64,000 bases of DNA from Vicugna vicugna (taxonomy: Eukaryota), in NCBI GenBank assembly GCA_013265495.1, contig MU058844.1:2893520-2957519 (forward strand), read 5' to 3'. The translations under genes were made by a program, and so were the position numbers. The notes beneath the pieces were generated by a model that was not told where the DNA came from, ran no database searches, and saw only the letters and a program-made list of their open reading frames with translations. Positions 26,446 through 39,033 of this stretch are shown piece after piece. Numbering within the stretch: position 1 is the stretch's first letter; each line of letters starts with the position of its first letter.

Positions 26446-27560
26446 GTGGCCTGTGGCTCAACTTTGGCAGGAATTCTGAGCTGTCACTAGAGCAGCTGGA
26501 AGGAGTATCCTGTTCCCTCTTCCCTTCTTTTTTAACCTCTGTCAAACCTGAGAGGACAGAGGTTTTAGCTTATTGGTGAACTACCCACAAAGCTTAATCC
26601 ATTAGACCTTGCAAAAGAGAGAGTTTCAGGGAAATCCTTAAACAAAGACACAGATCCTTCAACTGCATGAAGGCAAGTGGTACAGAAAACCAATAAGATT
26701 GCTTAAAAATTGTTTCTCTCCCTCAGATGGTTGTACAAACATCCCATAAGAAGAGTACGATAATCTTTGGCTTACCTGATTTGGGGACCAGTTTTAATTT
26801 TAGTATTTTCTGTTCCCCTCAAATTAAAATCATTATTTGGCAAAGCATCAGGGATTCAGGCCCTCACTGGAGAGTTTCCCCCAAATCTCCCTTACCAGTG
26901 GTCAAGAAGTCAATTGGGGAAATAAAGAGGAAGTGGCCTCACTTGAAACCTAACTTGGTGAAACAAGTCACAAAAGCTACATAAAAACTTTCAATTTAGT
27001 ATGGTGTCTAAGAACATCTGCCTCTCTGACATGTTTCTCATTTCTGTTTCTGCCAACTTCAGGCAGTAGCCAATTCCATATTTTTCACTTTATGATGATG
27101 CAAAAAGATTAGCCAATCATGCCTATTCCTTTCTATGGCCCAACTGGCCTATAAGAAATTGTAGTTTCCATATCCCATACTCAGACCAACCCAAGCCTGG
27201 AAGTTGTAGGACATTTTACCTGCAGGCACAGGAACTATAGAACATGTAAGGTTTTTACACTGTGGTCACCAGTATGTGAAAAAAAAAAAAATTCTACATG
27301 TTCCCCACGCAGTGTAGGCCAATCATTAACCCCTTGTCTAAGAGACAACCTGGGTAACTCAGTATCAGAATTCACAGAACATGAATGCCTAGCAAGGTCA
27401 AAATAGATACTTGGAAATGCTCTGCCTGCAAATAAAGTATGGTGTCCTTATTACCATACTATCTACAAATAGAATGCAGTGTTTTTATTATTACTATCTT
27501 TTGCTAATGAAACTAATCTATTTCTTCTTGTTTTAGCAGCAGAAAGTTGAGGTTTCTACC

Positions 27561-27660
27561 TTTTTTTTAATTGAAGTAGTCAGTTACAATGTATCCATTT
27601 CTGGTGTACAGCACAATGTCCCAGTCATGCATATGCATACATATATTCGTTTTCATATTC
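27561..27660 (-). mobile_element. Very short L1 3' end (artiodactyl/camelid type)
   Basis: ttttttttaattgaagtagtcagttacaatg...tttctggtgtacagcacaatgtcccagtcatgcatat...ttttcatattc. No clean TSD seen. Confidence 0.75.
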
Positions 27661-28187
27661 AGTTGTTAACTTTTGATTTTAGCAGTCATAAAATGAGGAA
27701 GTCATTGCATATGTCCCAAGAGAAAAGAGTAAGTCTGTTAAATAGAGACATATCAAATTGCCATAGATGAAACTGATCATGAAGCAATGACTTCTAGGAC
27801 CTTCTGTAATACTTTTCTAACTTGTGTGAGTTACAAATGGAGGGATATATAAGACTGCATGATGTCAGTGTAGTTTTTTTTTCTCCAGCAGATACACTGA
27901 ACAGTTAACTTGAGTTTATTTTTATTTAAGAATAATTTATGGATGTACAAGAAGAAGGGTAGAATGCCAAAATTAAAATTAAACCCTGCAACCTCCATTT
28001 TCAATTTTACCAAATTTATTCATCCTGTAGCATTGCTATGATCGGACTTATCTACACTCCTTCCTGGAGTATATGCAACCATATCCAGACCACACACTAT
28101 CTGATATATATATTACTACTATAGTTTCATTAAGTCTCAGTTTCTCAATTGATAAAATGGGAAAATAATACTTTTTTAGAATAGTTT

Positions 28188-28256
28188 TAGATGTCTCCAG
28201 ACATTGTCAAATGTTTTTTGGGAGGCAAAATCACCCAAGGATAAGAACCATCGATT
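28188..28256 (+). mobile_element. MER20-like hAT fragment
   Basis: atgtctccagacattgtcaaatgttttttgggaggcaaaatcacc...agaacca. Confidence 0.65.
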
Positions 28257-28899
28257 TAAGCAAATTGCTAGTTGTGACTTAAAAAAAAAAAAAGCCCATA
28301 TTGCTCAAAAGTTTCTTGTGCCACCTTCTAACTTACAAAATATTCTGACATCTTTCTTGAATAGATTACAGGAGTTTTATTATCAGCTTTTTTTTGATAA
28401 AGCCTCAGGGAAAGAAAACTCTAACAGTACTAAATATTTCACTTTTTACTTTATAAAAAACAATGGTAAATACCACAGCAATTTTGCCTTTTTATCCTCT
28501 CCCCAAATTCACAAATCACACACACAAAGAAAATCCAACCTAAAAAATTTTTAAGTTGAGTTCTTTAAATATTATGACAATTTAGTTTTATTCTTTGTCT
28601 CATTCCAAAAATATTAGCTTTTTAAAAGTACTGCTTATTAATTACTCTCCAAAACTTAACTTAATGAAAAAATAATTTATAAAACTATTTGTCATTTTTA
28701 GGTCTTGGGTATTTAACTTTGAATAGAAAACAACATTGGTGTATAAGATGGTGTTGCATATCTTGCTTTTGAATAATTGTCAGCCACAGTGAATTAATTT
28801 GCAGTGTCTCTATCTAGAAGTAAATTGCTATTCCTATGAGACTACTTCCCATACACAATCAATGAGTCTCTTTGTCCATCTGGTGTACTAGCTTAATTA

Positions 28900-29500
28900 A
28901 ATATTCAATGCTTCATTGTTTGTAAAATAAAATCAAAGCTTACAATCCACCATTCAAAAGATAACTTAGGTCTATATTTATTGATCTAAAACAATGTCCA
29001 AGAGATATTAAGTGAAAAAAAGCAAGTTCCTGAGGTGTTACATGTGTGTATTTGTTTAGAAAAAAAAAGTGTGTATATGTATAAGAATGAGCATAAATGT
29101 GGAAAAATACAAACCAGACTGGACTTAGGAAAGGAGCTAGAGGTGCGGGAGAGAACAAAATAATTTGGTGAAAATGAAAATTTGTTCAAAATGACAATTC
29201 AAAGTTTCATATGTATTTGCTATTTTTATGTAGTTCATTTAAATCTAATTATTTCTTTCTTCCATATTTATGGGAAGGAAATCTGCCACAATCCAAATGG
29301 TCAAAAACTGTTACAGTTGGTTAAAATAGCATTTCAAATGTGGTTGCTATCTATAGATTAATAACATATGCATTTTAAAAGAGTCTTAAAAATATTCTGA
29401 AAGACATTCATAATGGATACCTCTGGCTGAATCTTGGGTGTACTTTAGGTTATTTTTCTCATCTGAATCTTATCTTTTAATGAATATGCAAAGTTTTTAC
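28900..29500 (+). mobile_element. Old L1M 3' fragments
   Basis: caatgcttcattgtttgtaaaataa...aaacaatgtccaagagatattaagtgaaaaaaagcaagtt. Confidence 0.55.
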
Positions 29501-30462
29501 AATGAGGGCTAAAAATACAGGAAAAGAATCTGAGGAGTGGGGAGTGGTATGAAGAAGCAGTTGAAAAGTATGTCAGAAAATGCTGTGTGAATAAGTGGTC
29601 TTAAAATGTGTAAGATCAGTTTTGAAATTTTGTCTCAGAGATACTTGTCAAAAGCTGCTGGAGGAACTGAGTCATACTTTCACAGGAATCTCTTAGTAAA
29701 GGAGAGGAATGAGTTCCAGGAGATAAAAACAGGTTGGTGGAAAATGGCTCCTGGGTTTTTTTTCCTTTTCTGAGTATGAGTTTTATTTCAAGTCAAGATT
29801 TTTTGATTATATATGGACATAGGAATACACCCTCCTGTGATTAGAAAGATAATTTATATGGGATTAAATCCAAGAATTTATTTTCCATTTGAACGAACTT
29901 CCTAAGAACCAGTGCCGCTCTGTTCTTCCTCATGCGTAGACTTTATTTTGAAAACAATTAATGTCCCAGGGATAGAAACACAGCCTTTGAAATTATGTTC
30001 TCAGGATTGGAGGTGATGCTCTCCCCGCTTGTTTAAATTCTTGGTGCAGGGGCTGAATCGGTCATTCCCAAAGTTCTCTTTCCTCCTTTTCTTTCTACTT
30101 GTGCAGAGCTGGCAAGCTATACAAAACCCATGAAACCCATGGTTTTTAAGATGGTATATGATATGTAAGCATGCAAGTCCTTCAAAGGGGATTTTAGAAT
30201 GTAGTCAATAAATACGTAACACGTGCTTACTCCATATTATTATTTCCAATTTCTTAATTATCATTTCTTCTGAACACCCTTAGTTACAGCAAGACTAAAA
30301 AGTGAAGCAATTTGGTCAAGGAAGTGTAGAGGGTCATAAGGACGCTAACAAAATTAGTTTGAGCTTGGACTGCATTTAAAAGAAGCACAGAAAGGAGGTT
30401 AACTGGAAGTTTTAACTAAGTTGTTGGACCACTGAGTGGAAGTTCCTAACTTAGTGATCTAG

Positions 30463-30931
30463 TGTTACTGAGTCCACCCTCATACTGCTCACTGCATGAC
30501 AGGCCAATAAATCAAGAGGCAAGTTGCTGGGGCAAGGAATTGTGACTTTATTCAGAAAGCCAGCAGGGTTTGGATGCTAGTTTCTGGTATAGAGCAAAGA
30601 GGGGCAGGTGAGGAGGTAAAGTGAAAAAGACAGTAAGTTGTTGAAAACATTTCCTGATTCCCACCAGATTCTAGAGGGGATGTGTCAATTTTTACTTTCC
30701 TACAGACATTCACAGATGGGCCTGGTCAGGTTTCCTGTGAGCTAAACAAAGGTATTTTAGCTTAAGCTCAGGTATGGGAGGCAGAGTTCCCAGAGATGGG
30801 CCATTGTGTATACTTTAAGCTATAGGTGATATCCCTTTAGTGATTAACTTGTAGCAAAAGCAATGAAATACAAAGTTTAAAGTAAAAGACATAGATCCAA
30901 TACAGAGTCAGATTTGTTCTTCCTTGTTATA
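30463..30931 (-). mobile_element. ERV1-class solo LTR (~470 bp)
   Basis: tgttactgag...tgttata termini. 4-bp TSD ctag/ctgg. Minus-strand AATAAA (tttatt) at 30547. Confidence 0.85.
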
Positions 30932-32019
30932 CTGGAACAGATTTGAAGACTCTGAAACTCCATAAGGAAGATATAAAAAGGTATGGGAGTAGTAACTAAG
31001 AGCAGATTGGTGAAGAGATACTTTGGAGAGAGGTGCCTCAGCACGGTGTGTCCCATTCTCACTCTCACAGCAGGAAGTGCGGTACTTACTACTCTCTTAA
31101 CCCCAAGCCAAGAGAACAGGGCTTCAGTGGGACCTGCAGAGCGCTTCATGTGTGTGTCACCTAGGGTTGGGAAGAACACTGAGCTGGTGCCAGAGGAGCC
31201 TGGAGATCAGAGGTTAGAGGTCTGAGGGCAGAGCCAGGAGGGAGATGCTGCTGCATTGGGATTTGCCTGCACAATATGAGTTTCATCAAGATAAAGAATA
31301 AATTATAAATAAATATCTCATAGGGACCAAATGTGGGCCATTTTAAATAAGATTTTGCCCAAAAAGGCATCACTCAGAGGGTAAGAGACCTCCACTGAGT
31401 GTTTGTATAGAATGAACCCTAGGAAAACCACAGCCTGAGGTTGGAGTCTGAAGCAGCAGATGAAAAAAATCATTGCATCACTTTAACCATAAGTATTCCA
31501 ATCGGTCAGCAAGGAGATCTCTGAAGAAGCCACTAAAGTGTCCAGGAGGGAAAAAGCAAGTTTCACCATCTTTCAGACCCAGAGAGCATTTTATGCAAGC
31601 AACCATCAATGAGAAATAGCCTACCCTCTTACCTCCTTATCTCCTCCCTCACCACCCGCCCCCATCCAGTAGACCCTGAAGAGATCAAAAAGAGCAGCTA
31701 ATGGGTTGATAGGGAAGGAGGTGAGCTGCAGACAAGTAGCCAACCACACCACTTCCCAGAAAGCAGACTGCTTGCCTATAGAGAAGCCCTCCCTCAGGGG
31801 AAGAAGAGAAACAAGTGTTAATTTAGATGAAGATCTAAAACTTGATATTTTAATTACCAAATTAAGGTGGTATTTGGTGAATTACAGAGGCTAAAGGTCT
31901 CTACAGTAACTAAGAGTGAGTAGAAAATTCAGGAACCTGACAGACTTTTCATCCAGAAGGGATAGAAGACCTTCCACTACTGAAATATTTTTAAAAGATA
32001 TTGAAAGGTTTAAAAAAAA

Positions 32020-32520
32020 ACTTGCATTTTGATTATCCAGGAGGTTTGCCTGTTTAAAATACCAGGGATAATACTTTTCAGAATAAAGAAGGTCACAATT
32101 TATGTTCTTCTCAGCAGCATTCACACCAGGATTATCCTACATTCTGATGTCGTACTTTAAGAGACATGTTGGCAGAGTGACCAAGATGGTGAAGGGATCC
32201 AAAAATCAAATAATCAAAACACAGAAGGGATAGCTCAAGGAACTCAGGTTGTTTGGGCTGGAGAAAGTTTAGGTAAGACCCAACAGCTCATTTAACCTCT
32301 GTTAACAGGCTTGCCTATGGAGAAAGGACCAGAAATATTCTCTGTTGTTCCTGAGGGCCAGATAAGGACCAGTGGACAAAACTGAATGCAAAATAAGGAG
32401 ACATATAATGCAAGTGTTTAAAATCAAATGTTTTTTAATTATTTTGGGTTGGCTCAGATGGCAATATATTTCTTACTATCAGTTGAGTTGTTCCAGCTGA
32501 GGCTGTATGGCATTTGTCAT
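32020..32520 (+). mobile_element. L3/CR1 3' fragment
   Basis: cagagtgaccaagatggtgaaggg...aaggaactcaggttgtttgggctggagaaag...ttctctgttgttcctgagggccagataaggaccagtgg. Confidence 0.7.
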
Positions 32521-32819
32521 GGTTCTAAAACAGAGAATCTATTGATCATTTGGGTCTAGGTCAGACTGCTAAAGACCCATTTGTTTTAAGCCAGTTTGCC
32601 AAATGACCATCCACCAAACAGCCATTTCACTGAAAACCATTTCACCCAGCACCAGTTTGCTACATCAACTTGTTTCCTTTAACAGTTTCATTTTAGTTGA
32701 CTATTTCGCTTCATCCTCATAAGAGAGCACTTTAAGAAATATTTTATTGATTGCTGCCCTCGTTCTCTGGAATCTGAGAGAAAAGAGACTGAAGAGCAGA
32801 GAATATATTTAAGAATATA

Positions 32820-33100
32820 TACTTTGTGTATGTGTGGGCATGTGTATGTAATATGTAAATATAATACATAACATATACATACTATACAATACTGTATGTA
32901 GTTTATGTATGTATATAGTAGCATTTACCTCATTCATTTGACATTATTAGGTTACATACATACTTACATATTAAATTATGAATTACCAAAGATAGGAACC
33001 ACATTTTTAGGCCATCGAGTGCCTTAATATCATGTCTGGTGTAAAGTTAGATAAATTAGTTCATGAATAAGTGAGTGAGTGAATGAATGAATGAATGAAT
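32820..33100. repeat. TA/TG low-complexity tract followed by an L2 3' end with (TGAG)/(TGAA)n tail
   Basis: Read directly: gtgagtgagtgaatgaatgaatgaatgaat at about 33071-33100. Confidence 0.75.
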
Positions 33101-33859
33101 AGAATGTTTTTGTATTGCTGGTTGCAAATACCATCAGCAAAGTCCCCAGTGGAAGCTTTAAGTCTCATCTGAACAACACAAAACACAGTTGTCCAGAAAC
33201 CTTGGGTCCTTACCTAAAATCCAACTGGTCAAAGTCATTTATGGTTTTGAGGCAGTCTTAATCTGGATGACTCATCAACCATGTCACCCTTAGCCCTCCA
33301 TATTACTATCAGGAACTACCATCCTATCAGTATCACTAATCCATCTCCAGTTATTTTAATTTTGCTATTGTGAAGCTTAAAATACAACCATATTGTATAG
33401 TTTGTAAAATGTGCTCTACACATTTAAGTCATTTGGTATATTCTTATTGCTATGACTGGCAGTCACCAGGTGCAGTAATTGCCTGGTCTGATCGCTCTCC
33501 TCTTTTGCTCCAGAATAAGTAGTACTGTATCACAAGCTCTTCTTAGCTGCTAACCTATGGATTTCGAGTTCACAGTTCTTTTCTGCTAAATAGGCCATAC
33601 TCACCTGAGTCACTGAAATTCTGCCAGTAAGATTTGGTGCCATGTAAGATGGCACACCTTTTCAAAAAAGTCTAGGACAGTTGAAGGCAAATGATCATAA
33701 TTGCATAACCATATCTTAGCACCCAACCTTGTGCCCTATTTCTGATGACATCTGTAGGTTAGACTGAAGAAGCCACTTATTGTCTACCATGGGCAATTCA
33801 ACTTCAAGTGACAGGGAACATAGGAGTTTTTGATTCCCTCTTTATTTTCCATGGTCATA

Positions 33860-33992
33860 GTTTGTGTACACATTAAAGAGACTATATTTATATATGTATG
33901 TATATGCACATATGTATTTCTGAATGTGTATCATGTGTACACATGCATATATACACAAGTAGATGTATATGTGCACACATACGTATACATAC
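33860..33992. repeat. TA/CA low-complexity tract
   Basis: Alternating purine-pyrimidine sequence. Confidence 0.8.
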
Positions 33993-34413
33993 CCAAAGCA
34001 GAAAATACCATTTTCCTAAATGATATTTTTACTTTTCTTGCTTCTTTCACCAAGTTTGTAAGCCCTATGTCTTCCTTCCTTTATAATTCTCTTGTAGCAT
34101 TTCATAGTTTTTTCCTGATCATGTAAATGCTTTCCCCCCCAAGTCTAAATTTTGTTTTTAATGACTCCTTCATTCCTCTATTCATCCACTTGAAATTCAT
34201 TTATTTTCTCTTTGTTTTCCCTAACTCTCTATGCTTGTCTGGAGTGAGCCACCCAAAACTCTGTCAGAGATTTTTTTTTTTAATAATAAAATCAAATAAA
34301 AAGCAGAAGCCAATAGTTCTGACTCCTACAACTTCTCGTAGATGTGTGTAACAGGAAAGTAGAGTACATGCTGATAACTATTATCTCCCTTTGTAAGTTG
34401 CCTATGTATTCAT

Positions 34414-34585
34414 GGAATCATAGAAAATTACCATCGGCATTTAACAGAGAGTCTAAATCCATCCTTCATTTTACATAGAAGCCAATAAGGTCTACAGAAG
34501 TTTTATGAATTCCCCAAGATCACACAGCAGAGGTAGATAAAGCCAAAACTGGAAGCCAGATAACCTAAGGACTCAATGTTCTTTT
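34414..34585 (-). mobile_element. MIR fragment
   Basis: gaatcatagaa...ccttcattttacatagaagccaataagg...ccccaagatcacacagc. Confidence 0.65.
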
Positions 34586-35092
34586 TAGTCCAAAATATCG
34601 CCATCCTGAGTAAAGACAAAAAAATATAATTTCTAACGTTGGAATTCTACCAGGACAGCCCCTTCTCAGGGTTACATTACAGGAAGAGCATATTATTGGG
34701 GTTCTTCTGTGGTGCAGGTGGGGCTTTAGGACAGAAGTGACAAAATAGTAATATTTGGGACAAATTCAAAGGTTTCAAGCTATTGCTGATACATTATACT
34801 TAAAATGAGAAATAATTTGGTTGAGCTAAATACTATAAAATATAATTATAGTCCTTGGGAACAGCTCAGCAGAACTGGAGCTATATTTTTCTGTCTTAGC
34901 TCACCAAAGTGCTGGAAGATGTTCAAGAAGACCTTGTATAACAAGTGGCACACATCATTTCCTTTAGATTCTAGCTATCAGTGATCAGAAAATGTGGCAT
35001 TTGAGATTCATTAATAATCAGTGTCGATTGCCAAAATTTAATTGATCATATATCAGTGTGTATTGAATAAAGCTGGGCATTAGTTATTTCTC

Positions 35093-35127
35093 TGTGTGTG
35101 TATATATATATATACATATATATATAT
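35093..35127. repeat. (TG)4(TA)n compound microsatellite
   Basis: tgtgtgtgtatatatatatatacatatatatatat. Confidence 0.9.
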
Positions 35128-37384
35128 CAGAAATACGGTTCTCTTACTGTAGCCTATATATTTCTGTTTTAGGGAGGAAAATTGCTGCTCTGAACCACCA
35201 GCTTTTCCAATTTAATGTGAATCTGACTTTTTGTCATCTTTATTTTTAGTCTATAAACTGCTCAAGAACGGATTTTTTTTTTTTCCCCTCTTGATTCCTG
35301 GCTGGATTTGAAACTGAGATTACGGAAATACCTCAAGAGTGATTATTTCTATCCACATTGAAATGAGAAATTTAGGGATGTTTAGCTGAACATTCAAATG
35401 TTTCAGCTCTTACCCTTCACTATTAATAATACCATCATCTGTCTTTCACATAGAAAATCTTTCTTTAACTTCAACTTGAGAGTTTTCTTTCTTTTTCACT
35501 TTATTTCCTTATAGAGTCTTCCTGGAGTAAGTCATATCATATTGAGGTTATACAGAAGGATGTTTTCAACCCAAAATGCACCCCCAGATCCATTGATAGG
35601 TGTGTCAGTCTTGAAATGGGGTCATTCGTACTAAAGATTCAAACTGAAGCTTGGGCTCAGAGTCTTCTCCCAAATGCTGTTCCCACTTAGGACAAAACCA
35701 TACAAAAGGAGGTGCACAAATTCCCTGTAACCTTAGACTCCGGTCCTTGTCTCTAGGCTTTATAATAATTCACTTAATTTGATAATCATAGATGGTAGTC
35801 ACAGAAAAGTGGTCTAAGCCTCCAAAATTAGCTTTTAAAAGCCTTCAGCTTTTAATCCCAAATGCCTTTTTCACTCATCTTAACCAGTTTAAATTAGGAT
35901 ATGAGCAGCTGAAAAAAAGGAATTGTAAGTTACATAGCCAGTATGGTGTTACTAGCATTCTACCAGATTATTCACTATCCACTCATAAAGTGAAGTGGTG
36001 GGTGGTGTCCTTTCCTGTGTGGATGTGGGTGAGTTCGGGAGGGGTTTCACTGTTTTAATTTTATCCTTTATTTAATATCCTTCCCCGATCGTGGACATGT
36101 CCTTATCCCATTGTCTCTTAAATCTTACTTTAGACTCCTGAACATAAAGATGATCTTACTAAAGGGAACAATCAAAGAGTTGCCAAAGTTTCTTTATTTT
36201 CTTGTAGAATTCTGATTAAAATACTGAGTTTTTGTTGAAACTTAGCAAAGTATTTTGGTTTATGGACACCTGTGTTGGAGTAAATTCATTCAAATCCTTT
36301 GTGTGAATTCACAGCCCACTTTGACCTTCACCTCCCTTCTTTCTGCCTTCACTACTTCCTACAGTAGTCACTAACTCACACAATTTTCAGGCTGAAATAA
36401 GCCTTAGAAATTGGTCATGTAGTCCAGTTCTTTACTTTATAGAAAAGGAAAGCTGAAACGCACAACGTTTGGGATGTTCCCAACATGACCCAATTAGCTA
36501 ATGGTAGACCTGGGACAGAACCCAAGATTTGGAACATCTATTCTTTTTACTTACTTCTCCATCCTTTTCCCCATTACTCTCTTTTACTTTGCTCACTCTC
36601 TTGCCAAAATTCCCAGCTCTCTTGTCCATTGCCTTGTCCTGTCATGGAACCCACTTGGCAAACCACCAAAGTTGTGGTTAGTCCAGTGACTAATCTGCTG
36701 AGTATTGTTGGAAAAAATCACCCAGTTGGGAACATTACTACCACTTTCATTTCAGTACCTCTCCCTCCTCTAGCATATTGATGCTTCCTAGACGTTGTTC
36801 CAGAATTTCAAAGTTCCTTATTTCCATGAGTGTTGACCTTTCATAGTCAGGACTTATGCTCAACACAACACAATTCCAAACTTTACCCACTCTTCCCAAT
36901 AGAGCAACCCAGCATCTTAGACCCCATAGAAAATACAAGTAATCCAATTTCTTGCCATCAGACCTTCAGACTTAACTCATATGCTGTCTTTTGCACTTCC
37001 TATTAAAATGGATGTGGTACTTCCCATTTAAGCTTAAGCTTGTTTCCGTGCTTGGGAATCACATCTTCTCCAGGACTCCCAAGGCGTTTGTTCTATTGTA
37101 TTCCCCTCTTTCTCAAATTTTCACTGCTAATGCTCCCACTGTCTTCTTCCCATAAGCATTTAAATGTATTCAAACAATCTTCATTGTCTAACAGCAACTC
37201 ATTAGTACCTTTCCTGGCTCCATTGTCTTTGCCAAGCCCTTAAATTTCAACATTTCTGGGAATCTGTCCTGATAATCCATTTTACCCTTTTCCCTGGACT
37301 ATTACATTGAATCCAATTTTTTTTTCATTCATATTTTCATGCTGATGACTCCCAAGTCTATATTCTCAACTCTGCTCATTCTAC

Positions 37385-37408
<24 letters not shown>
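37385..37408. repeat. (CT)12 microsatellite
   Basis: Read directly. Confidence 0.95.
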
Positions 37409-37415
<7 letters not shown>

Positions 37416-37589
37416 CCTCCAGGCATTTCCGTATGAAGGCCCTGGAGACATATCAAAATCAACATGTTAAAACCAAATGCATGATTTTTCCCTCACAGAC
37501 CTGTTTCTTCTTCTTTGTTCCTTATCTTATCAAATAGTACCACCAATCCAGCAAGGCAATATCTTTAACTCCCAGACACCAAGTATATA

Positions 37590-37830
37590 CTGTAAAATAG
37601 TTAGCACAGAAGTTCAGAGGACAGTATTGGTCCTGGCTCTGCAGTTTATCTCTGTGTAATCCTGGGCATATTGCTTAAGGTTTCTGAGCTTCAGTGTCAC
37701 CATTCTGTAAAATAAAGATGGTAAAAGTGACCACTGAGAATTAAATGAAATAATGCAAAATGACATCCAACCCATAGTAAGCTTTTAGCAGTTTTTAATC
37801 TATTACTATAACTATGATGATGATGATAAG
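37590..37830 (+). mobile_element. MIR inserted in L2
   Basis: tcctggctctgcagtttatctctgtgtaatcctgggcatattgcttaaggtttctgagcttcagtgtcaccattctgtaaaat. Confidence 0.8.
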
Positions 37831-38302
37831 TAATCTGTACCTATCTGAAATCAAAGTCCACTTCTCTATGTGCCTAATGCCTCAAGTCTAGCCCTGATCA
37901 CTTTCCTCTCTCCTCTGAATTACTCAGAAGTTTTTCAGCCAGTTTCTCTGGCTCCAGTCTCACCCTTTCTCCTCCAATCAATTCTCCACATTGCATCCTT
38001 AAGTGATATGCCCAAAGTTTTAAATTCTTTCTTTTTCCAAGGGCATTTATTGCCTTCCCATTGCTCCTAGGTTGAAGTCCAGATTTCTTAGACTGGTTTA
38101 AAAGTTCCTTTATCATCAGGCTCCAACTTACCATCTCTAGCCTCATCTCTTGGTTTCCCCCATTCACTCTTTATAGGAGCCAAAATGACCTTGTTAAAAA
38201 TCCTCGAAACTTTTCAGGTCTCTCTCACACCAAGACCTACACATGTACAAGCAATTTTTCTACCTGAAGTACTCCGTGTACTCACTAGGCTTTATTAATT
38301 CT

Positions 38303-38450
38303 TTTGGGGGGAGGGCAGAGAGGGGATTGAGGGGGAGGGGAGGAAATTAGTTTTATTTATTTACTTATTTAATGAAGGTACAGGAGATTGAACCCAGGAC
38401 CTTGTGCATGTTAAGTACTCACTCTACTACTGAGCTATACCCTTCCCACC
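38303..38450 (-). mobile_element. tRNA-derived camelid SINE (Vic-1-like)
   Basis: The reverse complement reads ggtgggaagggtaTAGCTCAGTAGtagagtgagtacttaacatgcacaaggtcctgGGTTCAATCtcc (Pol III A and B boxes). 15-bp TSD ggctttattaattct (38288-38302) / ggccttattaactct (38451-38465). Confidence 0.9.
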
Positions 38451-38634
38451 GGCCTTATTAACTCTCAATTATATTTCAGATCTCAGTTTATCTGTCTTTT
38501 TTTCAAGAAAGCTTTTGTTGACCTTTACCTCACCTACTGTAGGTTAGCAACTTTCTTATCCATTCTTATAGAGTGACTTAATCTTCTTCTATCATAGCAT
38601 TTATCACACTGCATTCTATACATTTATTTATTTG

Positions 38635-39033
38635 AGACTATTAGTTTCTAGGACTGCTGCAACAAAGTACCACAAACCTGGTGGCTTTAAAACACTGAAA
38701 TTTACTCTGTAACAGTTCTGTGTGCCAGAAGACCAAAACAAAGCTTTGGCAGTCCCACACTCCTTCCAAAGTCTCCAGGAGAGAATCTTTCCTTGCCTCT
38801 CAGCTTCTGGTGGTTCCTGGTGTTCCTTGGCTTGCAGGAGCATAGCTCTCATCTCTGTCTCAGTCTTCACAGGGCTTTTTACTCTGTGTCTTCTCCTCCT
38901 CTTATAAGGACATTCTAAATCCAGAAGGATTTAATCCCAAAATCTTTAAATAATTGTATCTGCAAAGACTCTGTTCCCAAATAAGGTCACATTCTGAGGT
39001 TCCTGGTGGACATGGATTCTATCAACCCATTAC
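38635..39033 (-). mobile_element. MLT1C-like MaLR solo LTR
   Basis: tattagtttctaggactgctgcaacaaagtaccacaaacctggtggc...tctgcaaagactctgttcccaaataaggtcacattctgagg. Confidence 0.88.

Noticed and set aside
26711..26984. Strong + strand acceptor (tgtttctctccctcag) followed by an 85-aa ORF
   Set aside because: No convincing downstream donor and an unrecognisable peptide. Isolated splice-like sites are common in introns.
33599..33670. Minus-strand donor (cag|gtgagt) with a small gtgccat/atggcac hairpin
   Set aside because: Weak AAG acceptor and only a 7-bp stem, within chance expectation.
38365..38450. tRNA-like sequence with A and B boxes
   Set aside because: It has a SINE tail and TSD and lacks an intact acceptor stem, so it is a SINE and not a tRNA gene.
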